From the NCBI RefSeq assembly GCF_009834535.1, contig NC_045696.1:95358001-95422000 (forward strand): DNA of 64,000 bases, given 5' to 3'. The notes under the pieces are model-generated. The model was not told the origin of the DNA, made no database searches, and worked only from the letters and a program-made list of their open reading frames with translations. A program made the position numbers and the translations under genes. The stretch's first letter is position 1. Every line of letters begins with the position of its first letter. The stretch is from Camelus ferus (lineage: Eukaryota). This document shows, piece after piece, positions 51,611 to 64,000 of this stretch.

Positions 51611-53005
51611 CTAAAAGAGAAAAAAAGAAGTGCTCCTAACCAGTTATACTGCCAATGATTATAAACTATTAGTTTCAAGCTATATCTGATACCCTTTTGG
51701 TCAAAATTACCCCTCCTAAAGCTACTATAGAATAAACTGAATGAAAGGCAAAAAGGAGACTGGTCAGATTTCAGAGAATTGATTTGGTCAGTGATAGAGT
51801 TAGTCCCTATAATAAGCTCTACTTGTATCATACTTCACCATACTAAAATAAAAATCGCTTTTTTTCTTTTTGTAGACATATTTTCCTATAACATGGTAAG
51901 ATGGTTTAAAGCACCATATACCAATTCTTCTGTTAATTTAAAAGTCTTTCTCCAGAAATGTTCTTACAACTGGAATAAGAAGGATTTTATTTTTTTGTGA
52001 AGGGAGAATAATCTAAACTTTAATGAGGGCATCTTTTTTTCTTTTTTAATGAGGGCATCTTAAGAATATGAAAATGATGCTTTTACATTCAACGCTGTGC
52101 TGACTCATATTTGGAGCTGCCGTGTTGCAGAGGATTTATTTATTTCACAGAGTTTTAACTGAGTTTCTCCTGTGAACAAAGGGTCTTAGACAATAAAAAG
52201 GTTACTGTTCTAGTGTCAGACCTTACTTGCAGGAGCCAGCCTCACCTTGATAACAGAGACTTAACACATCAAAATTAACCCCCCTGTTCTTGAAGCAATC
52301 TGATCAGGAGTGAGTTTATCAGGAGTGTCTCCCTCACCTCAGGGAGAGGCAGAAAATTACTTATGTAGCCTAGGCTCAGACTGAACAATGGCATTATCCT
52401 CTGTAATCTGCCTGACTTCAACTATCACCACTATCTGCCAACACCTACTGCTACTCTCTACTCACTGGACTGAACCCCCTGCATATTACACTAATCTAGT
52501 CTAGGTTCACAGCTCTTCTTAAGGCACTGTCATCTGGGGCATTGATACTTTGGTGGGAGCTCATATACTCTGAGGGTCAATTGCCTTAGCCATAGTCCCA
52601 ACTGGGTATCATGGTCCCTCCGGTTAGTTAGAGATACCAGTATGCCTTGAGCTGAATCCACTTAATTATGGCAGTTTTTGTTAGAACTGGAATGAAACTT
52701 AAAGATCTGTTGGTGTGTTATTTTAATTAGTAGGTCCACTTCTTCAAGTGAAGTTGAATAGAGAAGCTCAATTAAAATAACAACTAAATAGGAATAAAGG
52801 TGCAGTTGAGAGAAATAAAGAGTGCAGAAATGAGGACTCCAAGATTCCTCCCTCCTCTACCATAAGCAAACATATTCAAGGTCTTTAGAGCACAGCCTTA
52901 ACATTCCTGATTTAGTTCAACTAATCCTGAGACCCCAGTTACCTTGTCCAAATTTGCCCAACTAGTAACTAACTAGTAAGTCTAGGACCCCAAACTCAAG
53001 ACCAG

Positions 53006-53042
53006 TGAATTAGTCAAGATTCTCAAGAGAAACAAAAACAAT

Positions 53043-53099
<57 letters not shown>

Positions 53100-53422
53100 A
53101 GTAATTGGGGCAACTGGCAAGTCTGAACTTTGCAAGGCAGGCCAGTAAACTGGAGACCCAGGGGGGGATTTTGACTTTGCAGCTTGAGTCTGCAGGCAGT
53201 CTGGGGGCAGAATTCCTTCTTCCTTGAGGTCTTTTTCTGCTTAGGCCTTCCACTAATTGGATGAGGTCTGCCCACATTATGGAAAGTAGTTCACTCAAAG
53301 TCTACTGATTTAAATGTTAATCACGTCTAAAAAATATCTTCACAGGGACATCCAGACTAGTGTTTGACCAAATATCTGGGTATCATGGCCTAGCCAAGTT
53401 GACACATCGATTAACCATCACG
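53006..53422 (-). mobile_element. ERVL LTR (MLT2B-like) with internal (GT)n
   Basis: tagtcaagattctcaagagaaac...gtctactgatttaaatgttaatc...ggcctagccaagttgacacatcgattaaccatcac. Confidence 0.85.
53046..53097. repeat. (GT)n microsatellite
   Basis: Perfect run of about 26 units inside the MLT2 LTR. Confidence 0.95.
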
Positions 53423-53469
53423 CTCAGGGGTCGTAATTCAAAGACCTTTGCTCTTTCCACTATGAATAA

Positions 53470-53943
53470 TGTAGTACATGCTGCTTCTTGCTTATCTAAT
53501 ACTCACTCTTTTCTTCCCCTTTCTAACAAAACATAAAATGTTTGTGTGAAGGCCAATGAGCCTACCTAGAATATTAAACTTTCTAATCTTTCCTAGAGTT
53601 ATTATTGACAAGTGAAATGTAAGCAAAGGTGACTGAGTGCAGTTTTAGGAAATCTCTTTGAAGAGATGAACTGCTTCATCTGGCATGTGGCCCCTTGGCC
53701 TTTTCCCCATCCTCCTTTGTCTTACCTGGAATTTGGATCTGAGGACTAAAGCTGGAGCAGACACCTTGCGATCACAAATGTCAAGAGGAAAGAGAGACCT
53801 ACGTCCTAACATTTTTTGAGCTGATGAACCAGCACCAGTAACTCTCTCCAGACTTTTTGTTACATGAGACAGACGAAAGAAAACCATATTTTTTCTCTGC
53901 CTCTGTTAAGACTGTTACGGAGTCTCAGTCCTTAATTGATACA
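53470..53943 (+). mobile_element. Old MaLR LTR (MLT1I/J-like)
   Basis: tgtagta...gctggagcagacaccttgcgatcac...ctccagactttttgttacatgaga...ccttaattgataca. Confidence 0.65.
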
Positions 53944-56900
53944 GACAAGATAACTACGATGACGATCTTGGAAACTGAACAATGATGAAAACGTTGAGAC
54001 TCTGCCTCAGGAAGCAAGGCAGAAGGAACAGGGTTGACATAAGTTAGACATCATGATGGCATCAAACGGTCTCAGAGACACTGGGAGACTGAACAGCTGC
54101 CACCAATGCAGCAAAGGCGGTAAGTGGACATAAACAGCTGTAGGAAGAAGGGAGACGGACATTTTAAAGAACTAAGCTTTTTAGCCATAAGCCTAGGAGA
54201 GTCACTGGAATGAACTGTAGTGAAAACTGTGACTTTTTTTCTCTGAACCTTTCTGGAAAGTGACAGGACAGGAGAAAAGCAGGAACAAATGAACTGCCCA
54301 GTAATCCCCACTGTAATTTGCCTCCTCCTGACGGACCCTCTGAAGAACTTATCTTGACTGGCTTGTCAATGTAAACGCTTCCTCATCTCAAGGTTCTATG
54401 GACAAAAATAACAGATTAAACCCTTTTACTTGTGACTACAAATGCCCACCTTGCTGCCAGAGTTGGATCACAAATCACTGTTAGACATAATTTTTTAGGG
54501 ATGTGGGGTGGGAAAAGAGATGGAAAGGGAGAGAGAGAGATACTTAATCTGTATGAGATGATTTAAATTAACTCCTGCTTTGAGGCAGAAGGATATCTCT
54601 GAACTTTCCAGAGCCATCAGCAGTCTTTCCTACAGATACTCTTCTTATGCGTGTTCATTTTTGTGGAAAGAATGAGGGGTTGCGCAGTAGTGATAAAAGT
54701 GTAAGTGGGAGGATGGGTGAATTGGATCTCTCGAGTTGAGGTGGAAAAGCTTGAATAGGTGGTGGATGGCCTTGGGCATAAGACTGTCACTGACTGGAAG
54801 GGAGCACATAATGTCTTTCAGGAAAAGAGAAGAGCTGTGCAGGTTTTAGTCAAGTTTAAAGCCAGAGATGTAGGTGAGAACCAAGATGCCTCTAGCAATA
54901 AACGGTCAGGACAACAAAAGATCTAAGCTGGAGGACAAGAAACAGGTGGCTGGCAAATAAAGGGCTAGATTTGTGGCTGAAAATCCTGACAAAGGGAGAT
55001 TTCTCCCCTCCTTCTCTGCCTTTTCTTCTTTCTTTGCTCCAGGACATCAGAGGTCCAGAGCTCATTTTCCTGGCCAATCTCATTCCCTCCTGCTCTCTTA
55101 AAATACAGCTCACTGCAGCAGAAAAAAGATCCTCATTCAGAGTCCACCTTTGAGAAGTCTTTGGGAAGCATAAAAAATTCAAGCATGTTTATTACACCTC
55201 TTTTTTTTTTTGGTCAGGAGTAAGTTTATTTTATGCAAAAAATGTAGGATTAGGTGTCATTTTGATGAGGAAAGATACTTACTTTAAAGATTTCCAACAC
55301 AACAGAGTATGAGACTCAAATCTTATAATGCATCCTTAAGACTATCCAAATTCTTCCACTGAAGTAGTATTTTGTCAAATAAATATATACTCCTAGCTAG
55401 CACTTGCTGCTAAATTAACAGATACATATTTTAAATATTCTGGAAAGAGCCTTTTTAATTCTCTAAGTAAAAGACATCTGAAGGGACTTTGGGATACAAC
55501 TGTATTTTCTTTCCTATTTTTTCTTCTACTCTTTAATTTCTTTTCCCATTCCCTGTACTTTTGTGGCTTCAATTTCCTTTTGAGCAAAAAGTCAGTTAAT
55601 TGGCATCTAATATTTGTTAAGTACAAGGCATAATCTTATTTAATGCTTGAAATAAGTATCCCAATCTTTTTTTAAAAAGAGGTTTAGCCATTTGTTCAAA
55701 GCCACTCAACTAGTAAAAGTGGTAAAGAGTTTTCTTTTTTCCCTGAAATGAATTATCAGCTTAAAGAAAAACTCACTGAATGAGACTAATTCTGTACACT
55801 GTCTGAAGTTGTTTTCAAAGCTTTTGCACCAAGTCAGCCCAATGGCCACCAATTTATAACTTCTTCCTTGGACTTGATAAGCGCCACAGGGCGTTTGTCA
55901 GTAGGATGCTCCTGCTTTCTGTCCTGCCTAAAGGCAAGGTGTCAGTGTGGCTAGCTGTTATTTCACTTTTTAGGACCAAGGGGTTCCGTGGAGATGTTCG
56001 CTGACATAGCCTCCACTCTAATATTCTGTAATTAGAACTTTCTACATAATACTTCTGGATTGTTCTGGTACTGAAGGCTATACACATAGGCACAACAATA
56101 ACAAGCTAATTGTGTCTAATAATAGGCATTACGTGGGTTCTTAATTTTAAACGTATAAATGAAGCAGAGTCAAGTCATGCTTGATAGTGATGACCTTAGT
56201 TTTACTATCAAAGTTATAAAATTGGAGCAGCACACCAAAGCTATTTCTAAATGTCCCCAGTAGCTTAGCAGTTAATCACAAATTTCAGTGGCTTCTAGGT
56301 TCAGACTGATCTATATCATGGACCAACTTTTCAAAAAATTGAGCTACAGTTGGTGTACATTGGTATATAAGCTTCAGGCTGACAGTACAGTGATTCATAA
56401 TTGCACCGATACTCTGAAGAAGCGAACTCAGTGGTTCATTTTGGGTGGTAGGGATCCTATATTCTCTGAGGTGGTACCAGGAATGAATGAGTCTTCTGGT
56501 TACACAGGTGACTTGGAATAAGGAGTTAACCTATCCAGTATGTTTAGGGACAAAACTACCCAATTAAAGTGGAGGCAGGGGGTTCAGCAGAGGGAGATGC
56601 TGACAGAGTTTGCATATACAGCAAAGACATGCTTTAGTGTTAGTAGGGAATTATTTTCTTAGGTACAAATGTAAAATAAGACAATAAATTGTCAGCACAG
56701 TGCCTCTGAAACAGCAGGTGCTCAACAAAGCTTTGGTAAAAGGAAAGGAAAGCCTTCTTGTATCAGGTGGACCTGGAGAAAGTGTTTGGCATATTGGTTT
56801 AGTCTTTGCAGAGATTCCATAACTCCAATACTATGGGGAATAGGAGAGACACTAGAGTTTGGGACCCTAATGCATGACGTGCTTCAAAGCTGTATTTTAT

Positions 56901-59900
56901 ATAAATTGCATCATTTAAGTAAACACATACGATATGAGATAATTCACACAAAAATAAAAACTCAATGATTTCTATTGACAATGCAGATCTGTTAAAGCAG
57001 GATCAACAATCAGATGGTCCTAATTAGGGGAGGAGCAAATTCTTATGAAGGTACAACCTGCTACTGCCTTTGTATCTCATTTGATTTCTTTCCACAAGTA
57101 CAGCTCTGGGGCCAGGGGAGGGTGAGGTGAGGTAAGGTGGGGATGATAGAAGATGCCTGGGGATGAATTCCTGTCATCCCAGTGGAAAGGGGTCTCAGGG
57201 TCAGAATTAAATTTTTAAAATTATGACTGTAAAAGAATATGCAATTCCTTGAATATTTGAGTTGTTCATACTAGCAAGGTGTAACATCCGTAATTCATGC
57301 CAGATTCATACCAGCCAGGTGTAACATTAATACTTTTATTACTTGAGATTTAAAATAATCCCTCAATTTCTACTTTTATCTTATTCTTTTATCTTTTTAA
57401 GAAGAGTGGGCATCAGAGCATTGATAGCTGCAGTGAAGAGTGAGGAGGGAAATATACAGGAAATGGATGGTCTTCAACATAGAAATTCAAAGCAGTAAAT
57501 TAAGTTAAGGAACATCATGGGTGGAAAGCCAACAAAAGAAAAAAAATGCATGGGCAACTGAGGTTAAGAGAGAATTCCTAGTGTGACAAGAAGCAAATGC
57601 AGAATTGAAAGCAGAGGTTTTTGTCTTTTCAGGTGTTTGAAGACACCAGGAAACATCACAGCCAGCGCTGGAGAGCATACGAAACAGAAGTCTAGAGAAG
57701 TCTAAACCCGTGAAAGTACCTACTTCCCCAAACAGTTTAAGGGTGTTTGCCTTTGGTGAGCTTAACCACTAAAATAAGGAAGGAGGCAAGGTCAGGATAT
57801 TCTCTTTTGGGTTCAGAGGAGCCATGTTTTGCTGTTCTGATACCGAATCAACTATATTTCCCCACAGAACATGAAGCTGTATGTAAATTTATCCATTGCC
57901 TCAACCTATTCTGCAAACATGTAATAGCTCAGTATTTGGAGACAAAGAAGCCAGCTGGCTCATAGCATTGCATTGTATACCTTTTATTAACATGTGTCCC
58001 AGCAGCTCACTTGCATAATATTTGCATTGCCTTGGCCATGGACAACCCATAAGGCCCCTGCAAAGCACTTGAGCAAGGGAGGAAATAGTGTGTGGTAGGC
58101 TTGTTGAAGTGCATGTGAGTGAAGGTAGTGGAGGGAAGCAGAGAGGCATTAATAAGTCAGCTAAGACAGAAAATGAGTATTTAGGCTTCTAAAAAGCACT
58201 TTTCTACTTTAAAACTATTTTGAGATCTAGAGCCTCAAGAGTAGAAATTGTTATTACAGGGAACAAAGTTCTCTGAAAGAAAAAAAAAATGCTAAATCCA
58301 TATTTGGCAAGGGGCTTTATATCTGAATTTAAATTTTAAGATAAATTTGTTTTTCAGACAGTATACGAGAGCAATCTCAGAAAAAAAGTCAGAAAAGTTT
58401 AGTGTTGTTTTTATTAAAAAAACCCACATATATAAGTTGATTTATGTTCCTGTTATGTTCCCTTGGAGAGTACATAGGTTGAAAAATTGCAATTAGAAAA
58501 GGAATGAAAAATAATTCCATAAAGCGTTCACACTTACATCTGAAAATTCACAAGAATTAATGTCATAATTCAGTAGTAATATAGGGAGTCCTTTTCTGAG
58601 GTGAACCAAAGTGTGCATTTTTGCAGAAACAGCAAAAAGACCACATAGCTGATACTAATTTGGGGGGAGTTCTGGCAGAGTGGCATGTTATTCAAACTTC
58701 CCCTATGTGACTCACAATTCCATATACATATCTATAATTCAGAGCTTATGAATTTTGCAAAATCTGCACAATCTCTATACACATATAGGTGTACTTGAAA
58801 GGGTTATATTAATCAAGCCAATTCTTACTATAAGTGAGCTTTAGCTAACTCTCGCATGCCCACATTTGCTTTAAAAAGTTCAGAATTTATGAAATAAATA
58901 ACATACAGCTTTATTGTTCTTACAGTCCATCAGTGGGAAAAAGAAGTGAACTATTTCAAAGATATTACTTGAAAACTATATTACCATAGTTGGAAACTAT
59001 CACTGCAAAAATCCCAATTCTTGTCAGGGAGTAAAAAATGGATTATCATATTTCAACTTAAAGCTAAATTTTAAAATTTCCATATCACAGTAGGGAATAT
59101 AGTTTGAAAAAACATGTGTGGATCTTGCTATGTTACTTAATTGCTGCTTGTTGCTCTAAGTAATTTTCAGCTAAACAAAAGTTTCAACTCCTATAAAACA
59201 TAGCTTATAACACAGTAACTACAACATTTTTACGATAACATACAATCTTCTGAGATGATGTTTCACAACTCCCTCAGTTAGAGCTGGCAAGTAAGATTTC
59301 TGTGACTCTTCTATTTTAGCTTTTCAGTAAGTGCCAGCAAACGAAATTATATTCCTTCCCTTTTATGGCTTCTACAAGGCCCTGGCTTGCAGAGAAGGCA
59401 TTTGCAAGGTTGCTAACATTAAAGTTAATGTTAAACAGCTTATATTTTAACTACTGCTATTTTGCAGGTTGGTATACCCACATTTTGATTCTTTGCCACA
59501 AATTTTGGTAGTTGAAAATAGTAAATGACCATGCTTTCTTCTTATTTATTTTTATTACTGAAATGGTGGCCTCTTTATACCTTCAGACATTAGTTCCTTT
59601 TAAAAGATCAGGAATATCAATTGATAAGAAAATTAAAGTTCAAGCAATCAACATTTTCTGTTTGTTTTAAATACTTTAGAAGCCAAAAAATGAAATTAGT
59701 TCACTGTGCCAAAATGCAAGGCATTTTAGGCTTTTATAAAGAAAGGAGTAAACAGTAACATGGAAGTAAGCAAACTGCTTAGAGAAAAACGTGAAGGAAG
59801 ATTTTTGTTAAAGGACATGGTAGCTTGCCATTAAAAACGGTTATGTTCCAAGAAGTCTGCGCGGCTAATGCCAAAGACTCTTTATCTGCAAAATAAGACA

Positions 59901-62719
59901 AGCATGCTACGCCTCAAACATGTTTCTACACATCTCCTGAGAAAGTCTGAGCAATTTGTCAAATAGGAGTGAAGCGCAGAAGCCATACTGATCACGTCGT
60001 GTCCCAAGGGGTCCTCTGGTGATGTCTATCATGATTCTGACCCCGCCTCCAGGCCCCCACTGTGTCCACGTGACAAATGGAAGCAATGAACGATGTTGTC
60101 AATTCTGACAGAAGTTTGACTACCTTTCTTCTAGGTTTTGACCAAACATATTGGCATTGTTTAGATATAAGTAAAGAAAATGAAAATGTATTTAGATAAA
60201 AGGGTCCAAAAGAAGCCAAAGAGGCCCTGCTAACAAGAATGGACATTATAATGTGCTTTCATATGATAAAATTGTACCTCCTAAAACACTCCTCAAAAGT
60301 AACTTTGTATGGACTGTATTTACTGGGCCAACCAAAATAATCTATACTATCAAATATTGTAAGCTAGTGAAATTCTGATTAAGACATTTTTCTTATGTAA
60401 TCCTTTATCGTAAAAGATAAAGGAATATTTTCATTCATTGTCCCTTACTGAAATGACTGTCTTGTCAAAACTAATAGTGCTCTGATAATAAGATTTTTTT
60501 TTTTAAATGCATGTTTAGTGCCTACATGTGTCTGTATGACAGTGTATTATATTAGAGCTATTTAATTAGACTTTGGTCACTGGCCAGTTGGATTTATACT
60601 CTTTATAGAACTTTTTGTTGAAATTCCATAAACATTAAGTAATGATCATTATGATGAATTATGGAAGCACCCACAATACAGTTCTATATAATCAGTGGCT
60701 ATAGTTAACCAGGATATTTTTTGCAATTTTTTTAATGTCTGAAGTTTAATATAACCAATATATAACAGTGTGTGTGGTAAAAACCTAATAAAGCTTTTTA
60801 AGCATATTCTTTTGCATTTTCAAAAACAAGGTATCTAATATGATTTTATTATGATTTGACTTCAAAAACAAAATAATTAACCTTTTGAATATAGAAATTC
60901 ATGATTTTAGGGCTATTATGAACCTAAGCAAGTGTCTAGTTCAATTGCCTTCATTTTGCAGGTTAGAAAACTGAGGGTCACTGAATGAGAAAATTACCTA
61001 GATTCATATAGCAGATATGAATAAAGAGTAGACAGAGCAATTTGAATATGAAACAATAAAAATCATAATCTAAAATCTGAAATTTTCTTCATTCAGTGAG
61101 TATATAAGCCCCTATCCATCTATCATATTATTTTGTTTAAGGTTAGGAGCCAATATTTCCCTTCTTGAAAAATACTATTTATATCATAGAAATATAAAGA
61201 TACAAAAGTCATTTTTACTTTCATTTGCTTCAACAGTTACTTATAGAAAATGATTGCTTTCCAAACAGTAACAAAAATGGTATGTCAGTTCAAAATATTA
61301 TGAGCATTTTCACAATAATGATATATAACATAAAATTATAAAACCATTCCTGAGTCACCAAGTGATATTGAATTTTTATATTTTAATTAATTCTTCTGTT
61401 GCCAAATCCCAGCTGTACATGCTACACTTTCTTCAAGTTATTAAGTAAACCATTATGAGACTGAACATGCATTATACCTTGTCTGTTCTTGTTAGTCCTA
61501 CTTTTGAAGCAATGGTAATTTAAATAGATATTTATATTGTGACTCCTTTCCTGGGGGTGGGGATTATAAACAAAAAAAAAATTAAAAAGTCATCGATAGC
61601 TATATGATGAAACATTATGCAACCATTAAAAACTATGTTATTAAGTCATCTTATAATGACAAAGGAAAAACAATATGATATAATTTAGGTAAAGTAAGCC
61701 CTAAGTTTTCATTTATAAAGACACACACACAGATACCCGGATACACACACACAGAGTGTAAGCCTGTAAGAAACTATTTGAGAATATTAACAATGTAGGT
61801 TTTTCTCCTGGATTGCAGGATTTTGGAGGACCTTTTCTTTTCAAAATGGATGTCTGTATTTTTAGCATTTTCTACAATTAGCATATTTATTTCTTATAAT
61901 CAGGAAAGATTAAAACTAATTGCCAAAGAATATAAACATAAAAAACTAAATTATGGAGCATAATTATGCATGTGCAATTTCAGGCTGCTTAAACTTTGTG
62001 TTCAGACAGCATCTTGTCTCCAGAGAGTGTTAGGGTCTTGGGGAGTATGCATTTTCTAAGGAGGTAATGAGACAAAAGACATTTTTGCTCAGTGAAAGAT
62101 TAGAAGCATTGCAAAGCGGAAGAGACTAGTGGCAGAGGAAACAAAAGTAAAAGAGTTAAGATAAGAGACTGCTGAGAAAAACAAGAGAGCCCTTAACAAG
62201 TAGTAAAAACATTTTCTGAGTGTTCTGGCTTATAACACGGCACAGAGAAAAGTAGAAGAAGGTAATATTTCTGTAACTGTTGCAGTATGACAGGAAGTAT
62301 GCTCGGTCATTTAATTCTCAGGTGTGCCACCTTGGTCTGATTATTCTCCTATAAATTGGATATAATACATAATTTATATATTTACCTCACCCTGGTGTGT
62401 CACCCAGAAAAGCAGAGTGACAAGTGATGGAATCAGGATTTAAATCTAGGTCAGTCGGCCCCTAAAACTTCTGCTCTTTTCATGTTACCTCACTTTCTTC
62501 AAAGCACTTTGATGAACTAACTGATCGGATGGTCTGTTTTCTAGGATAGTAGTGGCTGTGGTATTTGACTGTAAAAAAAAAGGGCGGGGGAGGAATTTGG
62601 TCATTTTACTTATAGATAGGAAAGCAGAACAAGGGAAGGGTTTAATGTAGAGACAGAATTCTCAATATTCTCAGTTCTCCAGCCGAGGGAAAGCCAGTGA
62701 TACAATAAAAACCAAAATG

Positions 62720-62930
62720 GCTATCGGAGTAAGACAGGTCTTAGCACTCAGATCTCACACTTGCTAAATATGTGACACTGGGCAAGTTTCCTGATTTTTC
62801 TGAGTCTTTCAGGTTTCTCATCTGTAAAATGTTTTAGTGATACCATCTCATACAGTGGTTGTAAGGATAAATGAGAAGAACATTCGAGTGTTCCTAGGAG
62901 AGATCATGGCACACAGTAGGCACCCAGTAA
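62720..62930 (+). mobile_element. MIR SINE
   Basis: tgtgacactgggcaagtttc...tttctcatctgtaaaatg...gttgtaaggataaatgaga...tggcacacagtaggcaccc. Confidence 0.75.
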
Positions 62931-63320
62931 CCTGGTTTCCTTCTCCTTGCATCTCAGCCACTGGATACATATTACAGCAAGTTACTCATTGCCCAAGACT
63001 TTTATTTGCTGCTCCTGAGCTTCCATTAGCAGGTGGCAGCCTACCCATAAGCTGCTAAGTGCATGGAATTATTTTTAAAAAGTCTGTTGTGTTGAGATGT
63101 TTTGCTGTGGTTTTTCCCATTACCACTTTCTAACTTTCTCCATGAGCTTAAGTTTTCTGCTATCAAAATACAGCGACTAAATTTATTCAAGTCATAATCA
63201 AGTTTATATTTGGAGTATTTAGGATCTCAATATTGTAAAGAAGGACTCTAAGAGATCTTTAAGTTCAGGAAGCAAACAGGATGAATCAGGCTCATATTCT
63301 TTTAGTTTAGCTAGGACAGC

Positions 63321-63328
63321 ATTTATTA

Positions 63329-63384
<56 letters not shown>
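63321..63384. repeat. (ATT)n microsatellite
   Basis: Long near-perfect trinucleotide run. Confidence 0.95.
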
Positions 63385-63385
<1 letters not shown>

Positions 63386-63514
63386 CTTCCAATTTGAATA
63401 CTTCAGACAGAGCACGTTACTGTCTCTCACGCAAGCTCTATCACTTTCTATTGTGGCAGCTTCTCACATTTACTTTCCTTACATGGCCCTGGATTTCATT
63501 CATACTCCTCTTTC

Positions 63515-63675
63515 AATAGTCTCATCAGAGACACTGGCATCACTTGAAGACCAGTTAAAAATTCTTGAGCCCCAACACAGACCTACTGAATCAGAAGCTC
63601 TGCAGATGGGGCCCAACAATCTATGTTTCAATGGCTCATCCAGGAAAATTTGCTCCACTTTGAGAATCTGTGTTA
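63515..63675. mobile_element. MER5A-type MITE
   Basis: cacagacctactgaatcagaagctctgcagatggggcccaacaatct. Confidence 0.7.
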
Positions 63676-64000
63676 TAAACGGTTGCAGTGGAATCAGTGC
63701 TGGCACTCAGGGCTCCCCCTCACCCAACAGCCCCAGCTCTGTGTACGGCATGTTTGAGGCCATTGCTTTCTTTGAGGCATTTTCAGTGCCCTTGCGATGT
63801 CTCAGGTTGGCCTCTGCAGGCAGGGTTCATTTTTGCAATAATCTCACAAAAGGACAACCAAAGCACGTCTGTGTGCTTTTATGACCTTCCCCGAATCCAT
63901 TCCCTGCTTACCACACCCTTACGACTTCCAGGGAGGTGAGCAGAGGGCTTAGCTTTAGGGTTCTTTTTAAACATTAACAATTTAATCTTCTCTTTTCTTA

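Noticed and set aside
57265..57327. Repeat-spacer-repeat (ttcatac(t/c)agc(a/c)aggtgtaacat twice, 40-bp period)
   Set aside because: Only two copies, and the spacer holds a partial third copy; a small tandem duplication in a mammalian genome, not a CRISPR array.
14101..58307. Other perfect CArG boxes (14101, 15885, 41579, 58298)
   Set aside because: A handful are expected by chance in 64 kb of this composition; one lies inside an L2.
1..64000. Novel multi-gene system, operon, CRISPR array or intact retroviral ORFs
   Set aside because: No long or homology-supported ORFs or regular arrays; the content is explained by a mammalian promoter plus repeat-rich upstream DNA.

Overview
AT-rich mammalian genomic DNA with no convincing protein-coding exon. 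Two tRNA-derived SINEs resembling the camelid vic-1 family and two young cetartiodactyl-type L1 3' ends point to a camelid (alpaca/llama/camel), by inference. The main feature is a CpG-island promoter at ~2.25-3.3 kb containing a minus-strand non-coding first exon (~3020->2690, donor GAG|GTAAGT). From memory it matches the 5'UTR of MBNL1 (muscleblind-like 1). Positions 1-2689 would then be intron 1, and the remaining ~60 kb is upstream regulatory and intergenic DNA. That region holds a probable distal MBNL1 5' exon and promoter near 24.7-25.8 kb, probable antisense (MBNL1-AS1-like) splice donors, several candidate enhancers, and many old repeats (L2, MIR, L1M, MER DNA transposons, MaLR/ERVL LTRs, microsatellites). 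I found no prokaryotic or CRISPR-type system. The most interesting signals are regulatory: a uORF-loaded proximal exon versus an ATG-free distal exon, a YGCY cluster just after the first donor, and candidate unannotated 5' exons. There are also retrotransposition footprints and an unexplained ~200-bp diverged local duplication. Repeat subfamily names and boundaries are eyeball calls and approximate.
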